Made by a program: the position numbers and the translations under genes
IMG/VR virus record: IMGVR_UViG_3300017750_000002
Span: 6,396 to 70,395 of that record
Source: a virus
Reading direction: 5' to 3' (one strand)
Length of the DNA stretch: 64,000 nucleotides
The notes under the pieces: generated by a model
What the model was told of the DNA's origin: nothing
The model's input: only the letters and a program-made list of their open reading frames with translations
Database searches by the model: none
Shown here: positions 31,354-40,306 of the stretch, one piece after another
Layout: each line of letters starts with the position of its first letter
How positions within the stretch are numbered: the first letter of the stretch is position 1

Positions 31354-31586
31354 TCTTCCACCTCGTAAGCATATATCTTAGAAAATGGAACTACTGTTAG
31401 AGTTCCAATCATTTGATACTTAGTACCTGTATTATCAAAATAAACCGTATTACCTACCAAGTATTCGTATTCCTTACTGGCACTTAGGCACTTGCCTTTA
31501 TTATCGGATTTACTAATAATACCACTACTTCGACTTGTTTGTTCTGTTTCAACAAGAATCCATTCTCCACAACCTCTTAGAATCAT
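31350..31586 (-). CDS. groES: GroES-like co-chaperonin
   Basis: GEWILVE, SSGII, VGNTVYF and IYA pattern; close to groEL. Confidence 0.65.
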   Translation of the reverse strand: MILRGCGEWILVETEQTSRSSGIISKSDNKGKCLSASKEYEYLVGNTVYFDNTGTKYQMIGTLTVVPFSKIYAYEVEE

Positions 31587-31832
31587 TCAATCCATCCCCC
31601 GTCGATGAGGCCAAGAAGATGCGAAGTTTCTTTTAGCGATTAATCGAAGTGATGCAAATAACTTTAGACGCTTATCTTCTGCTTCTTCGGAATCATCTAA
31701 CAAAGTGCTTTCTAATTCAACTAGAATCCTACGAATAATTGTCACCTCTTCTTCATTGTCCTCCATAAATTCATCGTCTAGGGTATTAGACCAATCATAT
31801 ATCTGTGCAATTCTTTCTTCCCAATTAATCAT
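31587..31832 (-). CDS. Acidic hypothetical protein
   Basis: Likely start MINWEE, coupled to the upstream ORF. Confidence 0.5.
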   Translation of the reverse strand: MINWEERIAQIYDWSNTLDDEFMEDNEEEVTIIRRILVELESTLLDDSEEAEDKRLKLFASLRLIAKRNFASSWPHRRGMD

Positions 31833-32107
31833 TCTTCTTCCTCCTTTCCAGCAATTCGGACCCAAGCCTTGTTCATGTCTTTATCAACAAATGTATATAC
31901 ATGTGTCTTATAGAACTCTTTCAACTTCTTTGCGCTTTTGCCCTCTTTATTCCATGTTACACCCCGTCTGTTTGTTGGACGGTTTGAATCGGAGGGGTGT
32001 CGGTTTGAATGTGCGGTAGCCCTGTCGGTTAGCGTAATAGATTCATAAGAAACCATTGGCCTATCTTGATATTTATGCATCGTACTTATTCCTTCTTTAA
32101 TAGTCAT
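31829..32107 (-). CDS. Hypothetical protein
   Basis: Coupled ORF. Confidence 0.5.
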   Translation of the reverse strand: MTIKEGISTMHKYQDRPMVSYESITLTDRATAHSNRHPSDSNRPTNRRGVTWNKEGKSAKKLKEFYKTHVYTFVDKDMNKAWVRIAGKEEEE

Positions 32108-32640
32108 TCTTCTTCACTTCCATTTTTGTATTGTATTGTATATAATCCATCTTTATGAATACATAATTCATTTGGGGTAGATTGTTCCCAATGCCCGAAA
32201 TGGTCGGGACCACCTAAAACATAAGCAGTTTCCATTAGCGGTTGCCAAACAGAAACAGTTCGCCAATCAGTGCCACTAAAATATGCGGCTCCAAAAGGAT
32301 GAGTATGAATCCAACATTTAACAGGTAAAGTCATACCAACAGGGTCAATCTTAAAATCAACAAAACCTGCTGTTCCGTAAGAGATATGTAGTTTATCATC
32401 ACCATCAACCACTACTTGAACTTCAAGCCCATTTAGAATAATAGTAGAGGCATTCCAAATAGAAAAGTGGAATGCTTCACTACTGAAATCTTTCTTTTCT
32501 TTTAGGTATTCATCAGTAATGAGTTTTACAATGGCATCTTGAAAGAAAGTCCTTTCTTCCACCATATCCTCAAATGCTTGAATGCTTTGCCTATCCATCT
32601 CGTCTAAATAATCTGGGTCATAACTGCTCATCTCAAACAC
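32104..32640 (-). CDS. JAB/JAMM (MPN+) metalloprotease
   Basis: Upstream Glu (GLEVQ) and WIHTHPFGAAYFSGTD, matching HxH-x7-S-x2-D. Confidence 0.9.
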   Translation of the reverse strand: MFEMSSYDPDYLDEMDRQSIQAFEDMVEERTFFQDAIVKLITDEYLKEKKDFSSEAFHFSIWNASTIILNGLEVQVVVDGDDKLHISYGTAGFVDFKIDPVGMTLPVKCWIHTHPFGAAYFSGTDWRTVSVWQPLMETAYVLGGPDHFGHWEQSTPNELCIHKDGLYTIQYKNGSEEE

Positions 32641-33799
32641 CTCGCAACTTGTTCAACTTCTTCTCCAACTTGGCCGCCTTCTTAGCCTTTCGTGCTATTC
32701 TACGACGCTTCCAACGGCTCATATTGGCATTCTTAGCCTCTTCCTTCTTCCGCTTTGAAATAACCTTAGTTGCCTCCTTAAGCATAGCAATATGCTCAGG
32801 TTGTTCACTATCAACAATCATTTCTAACCTTTGAGCAAGTGAGGCATAACTTCGACCAAATTTATTTCTTGCTTCATCAATTGACAATTCATAGAAATTA
32901 CACAGTAGTTCGAATTCCTCTTCGTGTTTCCAATGCTTTTGACTTCTTTCATGCTTTCGTTCTGGAAGTGTTTCTAATACTTCCTTTACTTCACTAAGCA
33001 TTTCCTTCTCATCGTTTGAAAGATGGCGAGTTGTTGGATTACCATGCTTTTCAACAAATACATCAATCTTCTCAGGTAGATTCTCTACCTTTGTTTCAAT
33101 TGGCTTAGGTGGCTTCCCGTCACCACGATGAGTTCCAGTCATGTCTAAAATATCTATCATCTTTTGACGCTTAAAAGCAGTGTATCTTGAAGAAACCCCA
33201 CCTTTCTTAAGTATAGACCACTGTTGCTCAATAGAACGAATAGTTCGGTTATCGAATCTTTCACTAGCAATCTTTCGAATTACCTGTCCTTTACTGCTTT
33301 TTTTAACCTCACATTCATACATACAATGGAGAAGAATAAGTTTTTCATCTTCCGTCCATCGAACCTTTGAACCTGTTCCACGACCTTTTGCCTTGATAAC
33401 TGACTTTTCAGAAATTTCCGCTTTAACAAGAAGTTCAGCAATTGCTTTTTGCAGGAAAGACTTACTTAGTTTTCCTTTCAGTGCATTACCATACAGGAGT
33501 TCAGTAGTGCGCTTAAGTTCTTTCTTAGAAATATTATCATCAGTTGTTAGGTTAGCGTAAAACCTACATTGTTTCTTTGTTGCTGGCTCATAATTTTCTG
33601 GTATTTTCATTTTATTTTCCTCCTTATTTTCTTTTGTTTTTCCTGCCAATGCTGACATTCTAGTATTAATATTCTTTCCTGTTCTCTTAACAGAATAAAC
33701 TTGTTCTAACCTTCGTGAAATGACATTCCAAGTTAATCCTTCTTCTCTCAATTTCAAAACAAACTCAATTTGTTCTTCTGTCCATTTATTGTACTTCAT
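32633..33799 (-). CDS. Myb/SANT-like repeat DNA-binding protein
   Basis: Three W-T/K-x-x-E-type repeats (KWTEEQ, RWTEDE, HWKHEEE), each followed by an HTH-like segment; Lys-rich. Confidence 0.6.
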   Translation of the reverse strand: MKYNKWTEEQIEFVLKLREEGLTWNVISRRLEQVYSVKRTGKNINTRMSALAGKTKENKEENKMKIPENYEPATKKQCRFYANLTTDDNISKKELKRTTELLYGNALKGKLSKSFLQKAIAELLVKAEISEKSVIKAKGRGTGSKVRWTEDEKLILLHCMYECEVKKSSKGQVIRKIASERFDNRTIRSIEQQWSILKKGGVSSRYTAFKRQKMIDILDMTGTHRGDGKPPKPIETKVENLPEKIDVFVEKHGNPTTRHLSNDEKEMLSEVKEVLETLPERKHERSQKHWKHEEEFELLCNFYELSIDEARNKFGRSYASLAQRLEMIVDSEQPEHIAMLKEATKVISKRKKEEAKNANMSRWKRRRIARKAKKAAKLEKKLNKLRGV

Positions 33800-34353
33800 A
33801 CATTCACAACCTTAAAGTCACATACTTCTTCATTATTAAAGAATCTTTGAGTCCACTGTGCGCCCATTCCTGCGATAGCAATTTGCATAAAGTGAACATT
33901 TTTATTTGTTCCATCCCAACTATCTCCTTGACAACTAAATGAACCATCTTTACCTGCTAAAAGCGTATCGTACATTTTGGGGTCGGCTTGATGGCTAACA
34001 AGGGCGGCGTTCCTACCTTGTGCCCGTAAGTCCAACCACTTAATACTTGTGTTGTAAAGGGTTCGCCTAACTGACAAATTATCAACACAACAGATAACCA
34101 AGTCAAATCCGTTCATTTGTTTCTCAGTTAGAATTGGGAACTTAGAAAAGTGATTAACTGATTCATATTCATTCATCATTACACTTGCCTTATTTTGCCC
34201 AACATGCCCTTTCATAAAGTTTTGATAGGTTAAGTTCTTTGTTTCAACTGAATCGGGGTCTGCAACAGTAATGTTGTATAGTCCGACTTTATCTAAGAAC
34301 TGAGTCAAAAATGACCCAATTCCGCCTGTTCCAATTATTAGTATTTTTCTCAT
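33796..34353 (-). CDS. E1-like ThiF/MoeB adenylyltransferase
   Basis: GTGGIG, DPDSVETKNLTYQ, GQNKA, CCVDNLSVR and a candidate catalytic Cys in SCQ. Confidence 0.92.
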   Translation of the reverse strand: MRKILIIGTGGIGSFLTQFLDKVGLYNITVADPDSVETKNLTYQNFMKGHVGQNKASVMMNEYESVNHFSKFPILTEKQMNGFDLVICCVDNLSVRRTLYNTSIKWLDLRAQGRNAALVSHQADPKMYDTLLAGKDGSFSCQGDSWDGTNKNVHFMQIAIAGMGAQWTQRFFNNEEVCDFKVVNV

Positions 34354-34354
34354 A

Positions 34355-34369
34355 TTTATTCTCTCCTTA
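34355..34369 (+). repeat. 15-bp direct repeat TTTATTCTCTCCTTA, copy 1 (copy 2 at 34851-34865)
   Basis: Identical copies flank ORF 34367-34849. Confidence 0.85.
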
Positions 34370-34849
34370 TTTTTGCATTCGTTGTTCTCTCATTTTTCTG
34401 TCGTAGTCTTCTTCCCACTTCAAATAGTCTTCTTCATTCAATATGTGCATATGCCAATCATAAGAATGTTCTTTCATTTTTTCCCAATCAATTTTGATTG
34501 AACAGTATTCGCATTTTTTATCATCACATAGTTCACTGCTTCTTTCTTCTGTATCAAAACAAAGATAAGAATCATAGTGAAAGTTATAATCAATAAAATA
34601 TCCTTTTCCTCTCCTTTCTTTAAGCCATTTACCTTCAGGTGTAAGAGGCAAAACATCAAACCTAGCGACTATATGAGTTTCACATATAGGACAATCCCAT
34701 TCAGTTTCTGCCAAATGCCATTCTTCCATAGCCATAGTGCGGGTTCTTAGAAGAACTTCTGCCTTTTCACGACAATACGGGCAATCGCTTTGTAGGTTTT
34801 TCATAGTCTCAACTATGTTGTTTTCTTTTTCAATCTCGAATTCATTCAT
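34367..34849 (-). CDS. Cys-rich Zn-binding hypothetical protein
   Basis: CPYC, CPIC and CDDKKCEYC; likely start MNEFEIE after an RBS. Confidence 0.6.
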   Translation of the reverse strand: MNEFEIEKENNIVETMKNLQSDCPYCREKAEVLLRTRTMAMEEWHLAETEWDCPICETHIVARFDVLPLTPEGKWLKERRGKGYFIDYNFHYDSYLCFDTEERSSELCDDKKCEYCSIKIDWEKMKEHSYDWHMHILNEEDYLKWEEDYDRKMREQRMQK

Positions 34850-34851
34850 TT

Positions 34852-35703
34852 TTATTCTCTCCTTAATTCGCTTAGTTGTTTGCCTTTTACTTGGGCACAA
34901 GTTTCCAAACCAATTAAAACCAATAAGTCCTTAGTTTGTTTTTTAATTGCAGACCTAGAATAATCACTTCTTTCTGCGATGAGTTTCAATGTTATGTTTG
35001 GATGAACAAACACATTCTTTGCAATCCAGCATATACTTTCGTAGTATGCACCACGCTTATTATATTCTGACCTTTCTACAATAGGCTCAAAGAACTCTAA
35101 GGTTTCCATACATCTAGAAATGAAAAGTATATCGTCAGTAATCTTATTTGCTGCTTTTTTGAGCAAGAAAGGTGGGTCTGCTTGTATGTGTCGCAAACGA
35201 CTACCATAATAGGTAGTTATCTTTCTCATCAACCTATTCAGTGTTTTACCATTACAAGCAAATTCAGTACAGGCTTCCTTAATAGTAATTGGTGTTTTAT
35301 TTTCCTTTAAAACATACCATACTACTGCTGTTGCTCTAATCTCAAGAGAGTGAGCATTAGAAAATACACTCTTAGAGTGTAATTCTCTATAAACAGAATC
35401 TACTCTATCTTTAAGGGTTTCAGTAGAATTGAAATTCGACAATACCATATGAGAAAAGACTATCGCCTTTCTAAGATGATTATCCCTTGTTGAATACCTA
35501 TTATGCGTTTTCTTTAATTTACCAGAAGTAATTACACTACCAAGACCAATTCTCTCTTTAGTATGAGTTTCTACACTGTTAGAGACAGCCCTCACTGTTT
35601 CCTCAAACATTTCAGTAGCGACAATCAAACCACACTCTTTACAAGCGGTTTCTCCCATCACTTCGTCATATTCAAATTCATTGGTTTGACATTCTATGCA
35701 TTT
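34852..35703 (-). CDS. tfb: Transcription factor IIB (TFB)-like protein
   Basis: N-terminal Zn ribbon CIEC...GETACKECGLIV, LGSVI, and two cyclin-like repeats. Confidence 0.8.
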   Translation of the reverse strand, partial: KCIECQTNEFEYDEVMGETACKECGLIVATEMFEETVRAVSNSVETHTKERIGLGSVITSGKLKKTHNRYSTRDNHLRKAIVFSHMVLSNFNSTETLKDRVDSVYRELHSKSVFSNAHSLEIRATAVVWYVLKENKTPITIKEACTEFACNGKTLNRLMRKITTYYGSRLRHIQADPPFLLKKAANKITDDILFISRCMETLEFFEPIVERSEYNKRGAYYESICWIAKNVFVHPNITLKLIAERSDYSRSAIKKQTKDLLVLIGLETCAQVKGKQLSELRRE

Positions 35704-36861
35704 CATTAAAATCCTTCCTATTTGCATTTGCAGGTGCTACCAAATATCTTTTGATAGTATTCACTATTTCTATTGTGTGAGTATCATTTATAAGAGCCAG
35801 TGCTCTTGTTGCGAATTGGTCGCCAAGCGAAGAACCTTTACTCATATTGTCAATACAAATTGGCCCTTTCCATTCCCATTGGCAATCTTCATAGGCCTTT
35901 GGAACTCCTTCTTCGTCTGTTTCCAAAACAGGTTGTAAAACATAAGTTGATACCATTTGAATATCTGACTTAAATTCAGTGTTTGATAACTTCCAATCAT
36001 ATCCATTACCTTTGATTAACAAAGTTTGTGGTTGCTTACCATCCATAGTTAATTCAAGACGCTCCGGTTGTTGTGTAACCATTTCGTGAAGAAGTTGAAT
36101 TGCTCGGTCTTCAACAATATCTTGTTGTCGGTTTTGTCTTAGGAACTGGCGCATCAATTCTAATTGCGAATCAGTTGGTTCTTTGCCCATCAAGTAGGTA
36201 TATAACCGCTTGATTCCCATATACTTGAACTTTCCAACTTTCTTACCATGTAAGAAGAAAGAACAAAAACTCTTTAGTTCAGTGTTCTTAATTGGTGCCC
36301 AAACACCGTCACTGATTTCAATTGCACATTCCTTTTCAGAAATTTGCTGAACCTTCAATCTAACCTCAACCTTTTTAAAATCAATAAAGTAGTGGAATGG
36401 AACACGATTTTCCAATACATACTTTACATCTTCGGATAGGCTAAGAACCTTCATTAGTGAAGTCATTAATTTAGTCGGGCTATTTTCCCGCATGGCTGTC
36501 ACAGTCACTCTTGCTAAGGCATTAGCAATTGTATTCGCACTTTCAGTTTTACCATTCAATTGAAACCTGCTACCAGTTTTAGTGATAGCAATAGGTAGTT
36601 CGCCAATGTATAGCAAAAAAGGCACACCATCAGTAAATCCTAGTCTTGGGGTATTTCCTGCCCTTCGTGCTTTTCTTGAAGAAAGAACTCCACTCCACCA
36701 ACTAGTCAAACTAAAATGAATAGGGTCTTTTGCTCTTCTATTAAAATCAATATCATACGAAGTAATACTACTCCATGCGTCAAACTTTTCCATTTTTATG
36801 GTGACGGGTGGATAGTAATCTCTCGAATCATCAGGTTTTCTTACTTTTAATTTTATTTCAT
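35678..36861 (-). CDS. Hypothetical 395-aa protein in the Ubl neighbourhood
   Basis: Long ORF coupled to tfb; C-terminal GPICID...GD...ALAL.ND motif. Confidence 0.7.
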
Positions 36862-36869
36862 GCATATAA

Positions 36870-37037
36870 TCACATCATATATATATTATCACTTTTATTT
36901 TTAGCACAGTCAAGGTGCATTTCTTTTTTAATTTCTTCCGGTAATAGCAACTGTTGGCCGCAAATACGGCAAGAGGTTGCAATTCTCTTTTTGTAGGCTC
37001 TATGACTACTTGTATATTTTGGGTCTTTTTCTTTCAT
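36870..37037 (-). CDS. Small Zn-finger protein (55 aa, not in ORF track)
   Basis: CRICGQQL...HLDC. Confidence 0.55.
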   Translation of the reverse strand: MKEKDPKYTSSHRAYKKRIATSCRICGQQLLLPEEIKKEMHLDCAKNKSDNIYMM

Positions 37038-37038
37038 A

Positions 37039-37362
37039 TTACCACCCAAATGCTATTTTACAGACCTTACAGTTGTCGTCACATTCATCACTATTTTCTT
37101 CGTGATATTTAATCGCTTCGCTTCGCAAAACTAAATGTTTATTCTTCCAAGAAGCAAAGCCTATTTCTACTGCTTCGTCTTTTTCCCATAAACAATAGTC
37201 AATGCTTTGTTCTAGTCTATACTTTCTATCTGCGGGTTCTAAATCATCACAAACTTCAAATGCTAGAATTAATTTGTTTCTTGATTCATCACTAAAGGTA
37301 TGTAATAATGATAATATTGCCTTCTTATAATCCTCAAACTTAAGAGAACGATAATCCGGCAT
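37039..37362 (-). CDS. Hypothetical protein
   Basis: ORF with GGTGA RBS and C-terminal Cys cluster. Confidence 0.5.
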   Translation of the reverse strand: MPDYRSLKFEDYKKAILSLLHTFSDESRNKLILAFEVCDDLEPADRKYRLEQSIDYCLWEKDEAVEIGFASWKNKHLVLRSEAIKYHEENSDECDDNCKVCKIAFGW

Positions 37363-37373
37363 TGATTATCACC

Positions 37374-39248
37374 TTAGATTTCGCAAAGTCCACCTGCACA
37401 GGCTAATTCACCGGAAAGGTCAGTATTATCCTCCGATTCAATAACCTTAGTTAAATCAATAGAACCTAACAAACTATACATTTCATCGTATTGTTTCTTG
37501 GTGATTGTTTCAAAGGGTGCTTGTTTGTAAGTTCCACCATCATAAGGAAGAACAGCAAGGCCGTTGTAGTAATGTCGATTAAACCACATCCATTCCGCAA
37601 CATCATCCCATTCGTCTTCTTTGATTGAAATAGTAGCGGAAACATTGTGAGTATTCATACCATCAACATGACCATTACGAACCCAACGAATGCTAAACTG
37701 CTTTACTCTTTCAAGTAAATCAAATACAGATTCATCACGAGTTGTTGCTCCTTCTGGTGCTTTTTGTGGAATACTAATAACTGCTTGTTCATCAGGATTA
37801 AAGTATTCGTCTTCAACCAATTCTGGATGATTTGCTAATAGGTATTGATAAATCGCTTCATTCTTTCCTACACGAACACGGCGAATATAATACTCATCAT
37901 GCCATGCGTGAATACCGCTACTTGTTCCAAGAACGAGAGAGGTAGTCCCTGCTGGTTTTACACAAGTAATTCTACTTGCCTGATTGATTCCAATCAATTT
38001 GGCAACCCGATGATTCTCAAGTTTTGCTTGAAGAGAAGCAGATTCAATATCTAACATATCAACAACATTAGAAGCAATACCTGTCATAGAAACACCAAGC
38101 AAAGAATCTTTTTCGGTAGTCTTTCGCCAAATGTCACGAAGGTAATGGAAGTCTGTATATCCAGCCTGTAATGTCCCTAAGAAAGCGGCGGCTTTTACAC
38201 GGTCTTCTAAATCCTTTTGTCCTTCAACAGTAGAAGCATTTACTTCTGTTAGATTACAGAATTGGAAAGGTCTTAGTGCAATTTCACAACAAGGATTAGT
38301 TCCCCAATCTTTGTCATTACTGAAATAAATTCCGGGTTCTCCCGAACCACTTAATTGAATTCTTTCCCAAACCTGCATAAAGAACTCTTTATTGATTCTA
38401 TGCCGTAGTAATACTGCTGAATTGTTTGCTCTTCCCCGTTGTGGATTATTAACATACCATTCACCTGCTTTACAAGCAAGCATTTTAGAATCATCTGCAC
38501 TAAACAAACTAATCATAGCGGCACGACGAATACCTCCTGCAAGGACAGCATCAGCCAAATGGCACATAATATCATGTGCTTGAATAGGTTCAAGTTTAGA
38601 ACCATTAGGCATATTTTGTAGGATACCTTCAACCTTTACTAAACATTCACGCAAAGGTTGAGGTCCGGGGGCTTTTCCTCCAGAAGTCTTCAATAAAGAA
38701 CCTTTAGGTCTAATATCAGAATAGTCAAACTTAGGACTATCCTTCTTAACTCCCATATAACATTCCATTAGAACTTTAACTGCGTCAGCCCAACCTTCAA
38801 TAGAATCATTAATTAAATAACGGCGTTGTCTTGAATCATTAGGTTGTCTTATTTCTGGTAATTGTTCAATATGGTGGCGTTGGACAGAATACCCAACCCC
38901 CGTTCCACCGAGAAGAAGAAACATAGATTCACTAAAAGCAACATAGGAGTCAATAGGCATATAAGCGCAGTTATAAACCCTATTCGGGCTAATTTCCACA
39001 GGCTTTCCACCAAACTGCATAGAACGCATTGACGGTAAGACCTTTCTTGTTCTAACATAATTTGTGTAAATCTCATTTATCTCATCTCTTAATTGAGGAT
39101 ATGTTTTAATGTGCATATCCTGATTTCGGGTGACTATCTCATCCCATGTTTCTCTTCGTTCTAGTTCTGGCAAAAATCTTGCATATTTCATATGCACTGT
39201 TATGTCAGAAAGTATCTGTATCGCTTTGTTTGGTTCCATATTTAACAC
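37374..39248 (-). CDS. nrdJ: Class II (B12-dependent) ribonucleotide reductase
   Basis: VYNC, GTGVG, TNPCCEI, CNLTE, VKPAGT and C-terminal ACAGGLCEI; no small-subunit gene nearby. Confidence 0.92.
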   Translation of the reverse strand: MLNMEPNKAIQILSDITVHMKYARFLPELERRETWDEIVTRNQDMHIKTYPQLRDEINEIYTNYVRTRKVLPSMRSMQFGGKPVEISPNRVYNCAYMPIDSYVAFSESMFLLLGGTGVGYSVQRHHIEQLPEIRQPNDSRQRRYLINDSIEGWADAVKVLMECYMGVKKDSPKFDYSDIRPKGSLLKTSGGKAPGPQPLRECLVKVEGILQNMPNGSKLEPIQAHDIMCHLADAVLAGGIRRAAMISLFSADDSKMLACKAGEWYVNNPQRGRANNSAVLLRHRINKEFFMQVWERIQLSGSGEPGIYFSNDKDWGTNPCCEIALRPFQFCNLTEVNASTVEGQKDLEDRVKAAAFLGTLQAGYTDFHYLRDIWRKTTEKDSLLGVSMTGIASNVVDMLDIESASLQAKLENHRVAKLIGINQASRITCVKPAGTTSLVLGTSSGIHAWHDEYYIRRVRVGKNEAIYQYLLANHPELVEDEYFNPDEQAVISIPQKAPEGATTRDESVFDLLERVKQFSIRWVRNGHVDGMNTHNVSATISIKEDEWDDVAEWMWFNRHYYNGLAVLPYDGGTYKQAPFETITKKQYDEMYSLLGSIDLTKVIESEDNTDLSGELACAGGLCEI

Positions 39249-39616
39249 CTAAATTTACTTGCTTTTGGTAATTCTAGAATAGAAGTAAAGGAATGGAGCC
39301 ATTCACCATTTTTGTAAATGACCCATTCTTTTTCTTCAATAAACTTCCAGTTATCAAAATCTCCGATTGCTGAATTACCATGCTTAGAGATAAGCATTTC
39401 AACACTATCGAAGGTATCACCCCGATAATTTATTTTTGATTGGCCCTTAGCGCAAATTTTCCCGTGTTTGCCTTGCGCTATCATATACATCTCTTCATAG
39501 AAGTCTGGCTTAAATAAAGCCAATTCTTTGTATATAATTGGTTTGAGCATCTTCCACCCTTTTGTTTCCAAAAAGAGTTTCAATGCGTCTGCTGATACAT
39601 TAGTGCATAAGTTCAT
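39242..39616 (-). CDS. Hypothetical protein
   Basis: ORF upstream of RNR; likely start MNLCT. Confidence 0.55.
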   Translation of the reverse strand: MNLCTNVSADALKLFLETKGWKMLKPIIYKELALFKPDFYEEMYMIAQGKHGKICAKGQSKINYRGDTFDSVEMLISKHGNSAIGDFDNWKFIEEKEWVIYKNGEWLHSFTSILELPKASKFRC

Positions 39617-39629
39617 AGGAGCCACACCC

Positions 39630-39669
39630 AAAAAAGGGTAGGGTACAGCCTAACGGCCATACCCCACCC
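39630..39669 (-). terminator. Terminator hairpin downstream of the Ubl gene
   Basis: Minus strand reads GGGTGGGGTATGGCC-GTTA-GGCTGTACCCTACCC-TTTTTT. Confidence 0.75.
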
Positions 39670-39704
39670 AAATTTGTCAACTTGTGACCGGCTTATGAAC
39701 CTAT

Positions 39705-39905
39705 TTATCCGCCAACGATAGCAGGTGTCAAATCGACAGAAGTAACTTCATCCCAATTGATTTGGGCGATGTTTTCTCTTGTCACCATGACGCTATCAAC
39801 GAACACCCAATGAGTCGGGTGTGTGTCAATTTGCTCAAGAATGCCTTCGCTTTCCATCACAAGGTCAGTATGTCCTGTTTCGTTCAAAATTCGTAGTTTA
39901 ATCAT
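39705..39905 (-). CDS. Ubiquitin-like (beta-grasp, SAMP/ThiS-like) protein
   Basis: 66 aa with N-terminal beta strand MIKLRIL, WVFVD, and C-terminal VDLTPAIVGG-stop. Confidence 0.82.
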   Translation of the reverse strand: MIKLRILNETGHTDLVMESEGILEQIDTHPTHWVFVDSVMVTRENIAQINWDEVTSVDLTPAIVGG

Positions 39906-39924
39906 TCATATTCCTCCGTTGTGT

Positions 39925-39958
39925 TCTTGCTACCATCTACTCCCATATAAAGGGAGCC
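39925..39958 (-). promoter_or_regulatory. TATA promoter of the Ubl gene; near-identical to 47033-47066
   Basis: Minus strand GGCTCCCTTTATAT...GTAGCAAGA; 29/34 identical to the second copy by manual alignment. Confidence 0.65.
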
Positions 39959-40019
39959 GTTTGGGGCTGTCTTTTCATTTTCGTTCATTTCTCGTTTATT
40001 CATTTTTTCACTTCCTTTT

Positions 40020-40283
40020 TCAGTATTGGCTTTCATAAGCCCTATCTTCTTTCTCGAAATTTCTTTGTTCCAAAAGGTATGCATCTAAGATGGAATCCAT
40101 CTTTACTTGCATATTATCGAGAATACCTGCAATTACCTTACGATTATAACTAATCCAAATACGATGATAAGTATTCACTATAACCTTCGGTTCATCTCGT
40201 TCATTCATTGTAATTACAATTGGTGGCAACTCATTGTCGTCAACAATCCTAAATTCAACTTTCTTTTCTTTTTCCATTACTTG
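40020..40283 (-). CDS. Hypothetical protein
   Basis: ORF in minus-strand operon; start approximate. Confidence 0.5.
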   Translation of the reverse strand, partial: QVMEKEKKVEFRIVDDNELPPIVITMNERDEPKVIVNTYHRIWISYNRKVIAGILDNMQVKMDSILDAYLLEQRNFEKEDRAYESQY

Positions 40284-40306
40284 CATTCCATCTCTATTTC
40301 TAGTAT

